NCBI GenBank assembly: GCA_963691875.1
Contig: OY829846.1
Location: forward strand, 4,160,001 to 4,224,000
Direction of reading: 5' to 3'
Source: Aureliella sp.
GTDB taxonomy: Bacteria > Planctomycetota > Planctomycetia > Pirellulales > Pirellulaceae
DNA: 64,000 nucleotides
Every line of letters begins with the position of its first letter. The first letter of the stretch is position 1. The position numbers and the translations under genes were made by a program. Shown here in pieces: positions 57,791 through 64,000 of the stretch. The notes below the pieces were generated by a model, which was not told the DNA's origin, ran no database searches, and saw only the letters and a program-made list of their open reading frames with translations.

Positions 57791-59665
57791 TTACCTCGCG
57801 ATGCTTTTCACGCGCGACAGCAAACGCGGGATGTATCCGTTGTAACGCTTGGCGGTGGTTCCATCGTGGGCAGGCAACTTCTGCAGTGTGCCGAGCTCCG
57901 ACTTTTCAGGCTTGCACCAATCGAGGCAGTTTAGGGCGGTGATCGCGACAAAGGTGCTCGTCTCCTCTGCGTTGATCATGCTGGCGAGTCGCTCCATGGA
58001 TTCTTCTCGTTGCTTCTCACCGCCAAATCTCGCAAGCGTTTCATTAGCAAGGCAACGAACGTATGAATTCTTGTCTTCTGCTAGTCGCTCTGCGATTTCA
58101 ACGGCATCCGCAATCTTCATGTCTCGCATACAGCGAATCAGACAACCCGTTGCTGCCCAAAATCGCACACCTGCATCTGAGCCGCTTGACAAGGCCATTA
58201 GTTTGCCGAGGTCTCCGGTTGTCGGTCGACTGGCCAAATCTGCGGCTTCAAATAGATCCTCGATGGGATACGCATTGGTATGTCCATAGTCGTAAGGTGT
58301 GCTATCGCTGCTACGAGCGATCATTTCGCCTTCTGGCAATAACCCCAAGTCGCGGATTCCCAACATCCATGTCTTTAGCTCACCACGGAACCGCTCAAGC
58401 GTTCCTTTATGTTCTGTGTCGGCGGCCAAGTTGTTGATTTGGTAAGGGTCATTCTTCAGGTCGTAGAGTTCTTCGGAAGCCTTGGGGCGCCAGAAAACAC
58501 TCTGAGCATCGGTCAGCTTGCCTTCGTCAAACATCCGCTTCCAGACTTGCGTGGTTGGCGTCTTGAACATGTAATCCAAGTAAGAACCTTGCGGACGTTG
58601 CGGCTTGAAGTTTCGGATGTAGGTAAAGCGCTGGTCGCGGATAGCTCGCGACATATCATAACGCTCGTCCATACGATCACGGAATCCGAAGATGTATTCT
58701 GGATCGGGTGTCGCGTGCGGCCCGAGAAAGGCTTTACCATGGAGATGCGCCGGAGCGGCTTTGCCGGCGAGACTGAGAACGGTAGGTACGAGGTCCACGA
58801 AACTCACCAAGCGATTCGAAGTCGTTCCTGTCTTGTATTGGCCCTTGACCAAGTGTTGCAATTTCCCAGGCACGCTGACAATCATCGGAACACGAAGTCC
58901 ACTTTCGTAGAGCCAACGTTTGCCACGTGGCATGCCGCTGCCGTGGTCGCCGTAGTAGAAGATGATGGTATTGTCTTCTAGGCCATCTTCCTTGAGTTGC
59001 CCCAAAATGCCGCCGACTTGGCGATCCATCTCGGTCAAGCGGTCGTAGTACTGTGCCCAATCTTGCCGAACTTCCGGTGTGTCTGGATGATAGGGGGGGA
59101 CGAAAACTTTGGTGGCATCATGAACGGCTTTGTGAGGACGTGTTCGCAGCTTACTTTCGTGACTGATCGTGAAGTTGAAGACCGCAAAGAACGGCTGGCC
59201 CTCCTTGCGCTTTCGCCAATGTGCTTTGCCACTGGACTCGTTCCAAATGTCGCCAGCTGGCGTGTGGAAGTTATAGTCCGTCTTGGAGTTATTTGTGCAG
59301 TAGTAGCCCAGCTCGCGAAAGTACTGTGGATAGAGCTTGGCGACTTTCGGCAAGTCAACTTGGCTCCGCATGTGTTGCCCGCCGAGGCTCGTCGGAAACA
59401 GTCCGGTAACGATTGTGGTTCGAGCAGGGGCGCAAACGGGAGCATTCGACCAGCAACTTCGATACATCATCCCGCGCTTCGCCAGACCGTCGATATACGG
59501 CGTGTCGGAGTAGTCGTCGCCGTAGCAGCCCAACTCTGGGCCGTTGTCTTCCGAGGTAATCCATAGGATATTCGGCGGCGTCTCCTCGGCCATCAAGGAA
59601 GCATTGAACAAGCTCGCGATCGTAAGGCAGAGTATCGTGGGACCAAGTTGCAATCGTCGTCGCAC
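57791..59665 (-). CDS. Sulfatase with C-terminal HEAT-like extension
   Basis: PNILWITSED, canonical CAPAR, GDHG, EELYDL, helical tail. Confidence 0.92.
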   Translation of the reverse strand: MRRRLQLGPTILCLTIASLFNASLMAEETPPNILWITSEDNGPELGCYGDDYSDTPYIDGLAKRGMMYRSCWSNAPVCAPARTTIVTGLFPTSLGGQHMRSQVDLPKVAKLYPQYFRELGYYCTNNSKTDYNFHTPAGDIWNESSGKAHWRKRKEGQPFFAVFNFTISHESKLRTRPHKAVHDATKVFVPPYHPDTPEVRQDWAQYYDRLTEMDRQVGGILGQLKEDGLEDNTIIFYYGDHGSGMPRGKRWLYESGLRVPMIVSVPGKLQHLVKGQYKTGTTSNRLVSFVDLVPTVLSLAGKAAPAHLHGKAFLGPHATPDPEYIFGFRDRMDERYDMSRAIRDQRFTYIRNFKPQRPQGSYLDYMFKTPTTQVWKRMFDEGKLTDAQSVFWRPKASEELYDLKNDPYQINNLAADTEHKGTLERFRGELKTWMLGIRDLGLLPEGEMIARSSDSTPYDYGHTNAYPIEDLFEAADLASRPTTGDLGKLMALSSGSDAGVRFWAATGCLIRCMRDMKIADAVEIAERLAEDKNSYVRCLANETLARFGGEKQREESMERLASMINAEETSTFVAITALNCLDWCKPEKSELGTLQKLPAHDGTTAKRYNGYIPRLLSRVKSIAR

Positions 59666-59826
59666 AGGACAGCTCCTCGTTTGGGGCGGGTTGGACAGGA
59701 AAGCCGCGAAAGTCGAGCTCGATGGGCCTGTTTTCGCATTGGGCGGTGTGAGTAAAATGTCGGCATCACCATTCGTGCTTACAATTCAACTCATACCTCA
59801 ACATGATAACTGCTCAGGAGTTACCC

Positions 59827-60465
59827 ATGACCCGAATTGCGACTGTTCTCTGTATCTGTTTGGCTGCCACAACTGGTTTTGCCCAAGAAACAAAAGAAGC
59901 CGAAACCAAGAAGGACACGAAGGCCGAAATCAAAGACATCAATGTCGTCATCAAGACCGAGAAAGGAGATATTGAGTGTGTGATCTATGCCAAAAAAGTA
60001 CCTCTGACCTCCGCCAACTTTTTGAATTTGGCCAAACGCGGCTATTACGACGGTCTCATGTTTCACCGAGTGATTCCAAACTTCATGATCCAGGGTGGCG
60101 ATCCCAATGGAACGGGCACTGGGGGCCCAGGTTATAAGTTTGAAGATGAGACGCTAAAGGAGCTGAAGCATGATGGGCCAGGTGTCCTTTCCATGGCGAA
60201 CTCGGATCGAGGAAAACAGGCTTACTCGAATTCAGGAAAGACCAATGGATCGCAGTTCTTTATTACCCATGTGAAGACTGACTGGCTTGACGGTATGCAT
60301 ACCGTGTTCGGCAAAGTGACCAAGGGACAAGACGTTGTCGACAAGATTCGCGGACGTGACAAAATCAAGACAATCGAGATCAAGGATAGTGTCGAAGCTC
60401 TGTTCAAGGCAAAGAAAGCCCGAATTGGCTACTGGAATCGCATCTTGGATGAACAGAAGAAGTAA
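59827..60465 (+). CDS. Exported cyclophilin-type peptidyl-prolyl isomerase
   Basis: AGGAG RBS then signal peptide; [31 protein letters not shown]. Confidence 0.93.
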   Translation: MTRIATVLCICLAATTGFAQETKEAETKKDTKAEIKDINVVIKTEKGDIECVIYAKKVPLTSANFLNLAKRGYYDGLMFHRVIPNFMIQGGDPNGTGTGGPGYKFEDETLKELKHDGPGVLSMANSDRGKQAYSNSGKTNGSQFFITHVKTDWLDGMHTVFGKVTKGQDVVDKIRGRDKIKTIEIKDSVEALFKAKKARIGYWNRILDEQKK

Positions 60466-60506
60466 GCCAATCGGCCGAAAGTCTCGACGACTACCTACTT
60501 ACTATG

Positions 60507-60545
60507 ACGCTGCCCACTTTTTTTGCTGGGTAGCGTTTTACTTTT
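60507..60545 (+). terminator. Putative intrinsic terminator between the two cyclophilin genes
   Basis: Stem ACGCTGCCCA / TGGGTAGCGT followed by TTTACTTTT. Confidence 0.5.
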
Positions 60546-60560
60546 CCAAAGGATGAAAAA

Positions 60561-61049
60561 GTGCCAACGATTAAGACCAATCACGGCGATATCAAAATTG
60601 AACTCTTCGCCGAGGAAGCTCCTGTCTCGACTGAGAATTTTTTGGCTTATGCTAAAGAGGGCTTCTACAGCGGAACGATCTTCCACCGCATCATTGACGG
60701 CTTCATGGCTCAAGGTGGTGGTTTCACCGCCGACATGAATCGCAAGGAAACTAAAGAGCCCATTCAGAACGAAGCGGGTAACGGGTTAAAGAATGACAAG
60801 TATACGCTTGCCATGGCGCGAACTTCGGATCCTGATAGCGCTACCAGCCAGTTCTTCATTAATACCAGCAATAACGACTTCTTGAATCGAGATACATGCC
60901 AAGACGGCGTGGGGTACGCTGTATTCGGCAAAGTCATCGAAGGAATGGAGGTCGTCGACCAGATTGGCAAAGTCGCCACCGGGGTTCAAGCTGGCATGCA
61001 AGACGTGCCTAACGAATCCGTCGTCATCGAATCCGTTGAAGTCGATTGA
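60561..61049 (+). CDS. ppiB: Cytoplasmic cyclophilin (PpiB-like)
   Basis: [43 protein letters not shown]. Confidence 0.9.
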   Translation: MPTIKTNHGDIKIELFAEEAPVSTENFLAYAKEGFYSGTIFHRIIDGFMAQGGGFTADMNRKETKEPIQNEAGNGLKNDKYTLAMARTSDPDSATSQFFINTSNNDFLNRDTCQDGVGYAVFGKVIEGMEVVDQIGKVATGVQAGMQDVPNESVVIESVEVD

Positions 61050-61086
61050 CGCGCTGCTACTACGCGCGGCGACGTGAAGAGTCGCC

Positions 61087-62433
61087 CTACTTTTTCTTGA
61101 TGCTATAAATGCGGGCGGCGGTGCGAATCAGCAATCGTTCGCCTGCAATGGCAGGTGTGGCCATGCCCATGTCTTCGGCCGCAAGCTCATTCTTTCCGAG
61201 CACTTCGAAGTCTTTGCCCGCCTTCACGACAAAAGTGCTGCCATCTTCACTTAAGCAAAATAGCTTGTCATTGTAGGCCCAGGGCGACGAAGTGAATCCG
61301 GAAACGCCAGCGACTCGACGGCGGTCGTATACCTCAGCTCCCGTTTTTGCATCAAAGGCGTTCATAAATCCTCGATCATGCAGCACATACAAAATTCCTT
61401 TGTAGGTAATCGTTGATGGATTGTATGGTCCGCCTTGTGGTTGACACCAAGCGATAAACTCGTTTTTCGTTTCGCCTTTTGCCAACGAAATGTCACCATT
61501 TGCACCTGGACGAATGGCGTAAAGTGGTCGAGATTTGTCGCCCACGTAACCCGAGCTAATAATCAATAGACCTTCATGTTCATAAGGCGTTGCGATGGTG
61601 ATACTGGACATGCCTTTGAAGGACCAGAGTTCGTTGCCAGCTAAGTCATAGGAACGAACTCGGCCCGTTCCGGGTGTGACAATCTCAGCGCGATCTTTGG
61701 TCTTCCATACGTAGGGAGTTGCCCAGTTGCTTTTCTCTTTTCGCGCCTTTCGCCACAATTCGTCGCCCGTGTTCTTGTCCAAAGCGAGCAAGTATGACTC
61801 TTCTTCGTTGTCATGGAGAATGTACAAGCGATCTTCATGCAAAACAGGCGAAGCGGCGGTGCCCCAACCGTAACGCGTCTTGTATGGAGGCAAGTCTCTG
61901 TTCCAGACCTGATTGCCTTTCAGATCGAAGCAGAAGACACCCATGCCGCCAAAAACAACGTAAAGATGTTTCCCGTCGGTCACAGGGGTTTCTGAGGCGA
62001 AACTGTTCTTGATATGAATCGAAGTTTGCGGAGCTGCACTTCGAACACTCTTTTCCCACTGAGTACTACCATCGCTCAGTCTTAGGCAGATCACGCGCCA
62101 AGAGTGCTGGGAGCTAGGTGGCTTGGGGCGATTTCCACCGAAGTACAGACCTTTCTTGGGCACTTCGGACTCGCCTTCGTTGATGACCGTCGTCAGAAAA
62201 ACGCGATCTCCCCAGATAACAGGGGACGACCAGCCGCGGCCTGGCAAATCCGATTTCCATTCCACATTCTCCGTTTCAGACCATGTCTCAGGCAGGTTAG
62301 GATTGTCGGAGACTACGCCGGTCACATTGGCACCGCGAAATTGCGGCCAGTTTCCAGGATCACTCGCTTCCTGAGCACTGGCGAGGACAGAGCTTAATAA
62401 ACAGAAACAAACCAGCAATTGCAAAGGCTTCAT
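61087..62433 (-). CDS. PQQ-binding-like beta-propeller repeat protein
   Basis: NWPQFRG, GWSSPV, ASETPVTDG, ALDKNTGDELW; signal peptide. Confidence 0.9.
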   Translation of the reverse strand: MKPLQLLVCFCLLSSVLASAQEASDPGNWPQFRGANVTGVVSDNPNLPETWSETENVEWKSDLPGRGWSSPVIWGDRVFLTTVINEGESEVPKKGLYFGGNRPKPPSSQHSWRVICLRLSDGSTQWEKSVRSAAPQTSIHIKNSFASETPVTDGKHLYVVFGGMGVFCFDLKGNQVWNRDLPPYKTRYGWGTAASPVLHEDRLYILHDNEEESYLLALDKNTGDELWRKARKEKSNWATPYVWKTKDRAEIVTPGTGRVRSYDLAGNELWSFKGMSSITIATPYEHEGLLIISSGYVGDKSRPLYAIRPGANGDISLAKGETKNEFIAWCQPQGGPYNPSTITYKGILYVLHDRGFMNAFDAKTGAEVYDRRRVAGVSGFTSSPWAYNDKLFCLSEDGSTFVVKAGKDFEVLGKNELAAEDMGMATPAIAGERLLIRTAARIYSIKKK

Positions 62434-62565
62434 TACAGTTTCCTGAGGGTATTGGTAATGAATAGACAGGAATTGAGAAGGACGCGTGTAACCACCAGCG
62501 GTTGTCAGCCTTTATCAGTGTATAGTTTGCGTTCTCCAAATGCTTGACCCGACCCAGAGTACCTC

Positions 62566-64000
62566 ATGTTAGTTTTACGAATCCTTGTTCTGTCCGCCCT
62601 TGCACTGTCTGCTGAAAGCCTTCGGTCTCAGGAAGTGATTGAGATTGCCTCCGGCCCTGTTCAAGGAGTACCGGCTAGTGAAGGCAGCAGCATCGTAGTT
62701 TTCAGGGGTATTCCCTTTGCAGCGCCGCCAGTTGGTGGTTTACGATGGAAAGCACCGCAACGCGCAGAGTCTTGGGATGAAGTTCGCGTTTGTGATAAGT
62801 TTGGGCCCATCTCTTGGCAAGGTAAAGATGGCAACAAGAGCGAAGATTGCTTGTACCTCAACGTTTGGGCACCCCCAAGGTCCGACGAAAAACTTCCGGT
62901 CATGGTATGGATCCACGGTGGTGGACTGACATCCGGTGCAGGTTCATTAAAGAACTACGATGGAGAAGCTTTTGCAAAACGTGATGTGATTTTGGTTTCG
63001 ATCAACTACCGACTAGGTTCACTTGGCTACTTTTGCCATCCGCAGCTCAGTAAGGAATCTCTTGATGGCGTTTCGGGCAACTATGGTTTTCTTGATCAAG
63101 TTGCAGCCCTGAAATGGGTGCAAAAGAACATTGAAGCATTTGGTGGTGATAAAGACCGTGTCACCATTTTTGGCGAATCCGCGGGGGGAACAAGTGTTTA
63201 TGTCTTGACTGCATCGCCACTCGCAAAGGGACTCTTCCATCGCGCCATTCTGCAGAGCCCTTGGCTGGACCCAGCTATCTTCAAGCCTTTGAGAAGTGCG
63301 TCGACTAATACACCCAGTGCCGAATCCATAGGAGCGAAGGCGGCTGCGGAGTTAGTCGGCGATAGCGAGGATGCTCTCGTCAAACTTCGGGAGCTCTCTG
63401 CCGAAAAGGTCACTAATGGGCTGCGTGGACGCATGCCTGTTGCCATCGGCGGCAAGTTCTTGCCTGAAAACCCAGAGCAAATATTCGCGTCTGGAAAGCA
63501 TAATCGAGTTCCAGTCATTGCGGGAACGAATCGCGATGAAGGAACGATGTTTGCCGGCAGCGCAGCAGGACAGTCCGTAGAACAATACGAGAAGCGAATC
63601 CAACCGATTTTCGGCGACGACACCGAGAAGGTTCTTGAGTTCTACGATCTGAAAGAGAAGTCTCAAGTGCTACCAACGGCGGTTCAAATGATCACTGACG
63701 GCTGGTTCGTACAGCCCACGCGTCGCTACTGCCGCCAAGTCGCAGATAGTGGCGGAAAGGTTTGGATGTACCACTTCACGCGAGTCAGCCCCAACTGGTC
63801 ATGGTTAGGTGCCGCGCATGCTGCCGAAATTGTCTTTGTATTCAACACGCTGAATCCGAACAAGATGAAGGGTGACAATGAGAAGATCGCGAATGCGATG
63901 ATTTCGTATTGGGTGCAGTTTGCCAAGTCAGGGAATCCCAATCTCAGCGGGCTACACGACTGGCCTCAATATGATTCCAAGTCAGACAAACATTTGGTAA
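62566..64000 (+). CDS. Type-B carboxylesterase (3' truncated; absent from the ORF track)
   Basis: ATG at 62566, open to the window end. FRGIPFAAPPVG.LRW, SEDCLYLNVW, WIHGGG, FGESAGG, GAAHAAEI. Confidence 0.93.
   Translation, partial: MLVLRILVLSALALSAESLRSQEVIEIASGPVQGVPASEGSSIVVFRGIPFAAPPVGGLRWKAPQRAESWDEVRVCDKFGPISWQGKDGNKSEDCLYLNVWAPPRSDEKLPVMVWIHGGGLTSGAGSLKNYDGEAFAKRDVILVSINYRLGSLGYFCHPQLSKESLDGVSGNYGFLDQVAALKWVQKNIEAFGGDKDRVTIFGESAGGTSVYVLTASPLAKGLFHRAILQSPWLDPAIFKPLRSASTNTPSAESIGAKAAAELVGDSEDALVKLRELSAEKVTNGLRGRMPVAIGGKFLPENPEQIFASGKHNRVPVIAGTNRDEGTMFAGSAAGQSVEQYEKRIQPIFGDDTEKVLEFYDLKEKSQVLPTAVQMITDGWFVQPTRRYCRQVADSGGKVWMYHFTRVSPNWSWLGAAHAAEIVFVFNTLNPNKMKGDNEKIANAMISYWVQFAKSGNPNLSGLHDWPQYDSKSDKHLV

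Noticed and set aside
1..64000. CRISPR arrays, tRNA/rRNA (including tRNA-Sec), integrases, transposases and known defence systems
   Set aside because: No regularly spaced repeats, cloverleaf or rRNA signatures, or recombinase motifs were seen by eye. A covariance-model scan would be needed to exclude small RNAs fully.

Overview
Gene-dense bacterial window with a typical Planctomycetota (Pirellulaceae-like) signature: DUF1549/DUF1553, SHD1, tandem DUF1080, sulfatases, a prenyltransferase-repeat/NPCBM operon, a PQQ-type propeller and several families of palindromic REP-like repeats. I found no rRNA, tRNA, CRISPR array or intact transposase. The main hidden feature is at 15651..16835 (- strand). 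Two separately called ORFs are in one frame, separated only by a TGA inside a deiodinase/thioredoxin-like motif (FGCLT-TGA-TPF), and a bacterial SECIS-like hairpin with a GGUCU loop follows the TGA. This predicts an unannotated secreted selenoprotein with a CxxU site, a second Cys pair and two EF-hands. Other notable items are a radical SAM homolog of archaeal tetraether synthase (Tes/MJ0619 family), a type I secretion/efflux cluster in decay (HlyD nonsense codon, two TolC frameshifts, degenerate ABC ATPase) with repeated operator-like sites, two further decayed pseudogenes (sensor kinase; DUF2314-ankyrin), and REP elements that reach into gene termini. All family assignments come from motif recognition by eye, not database searches.
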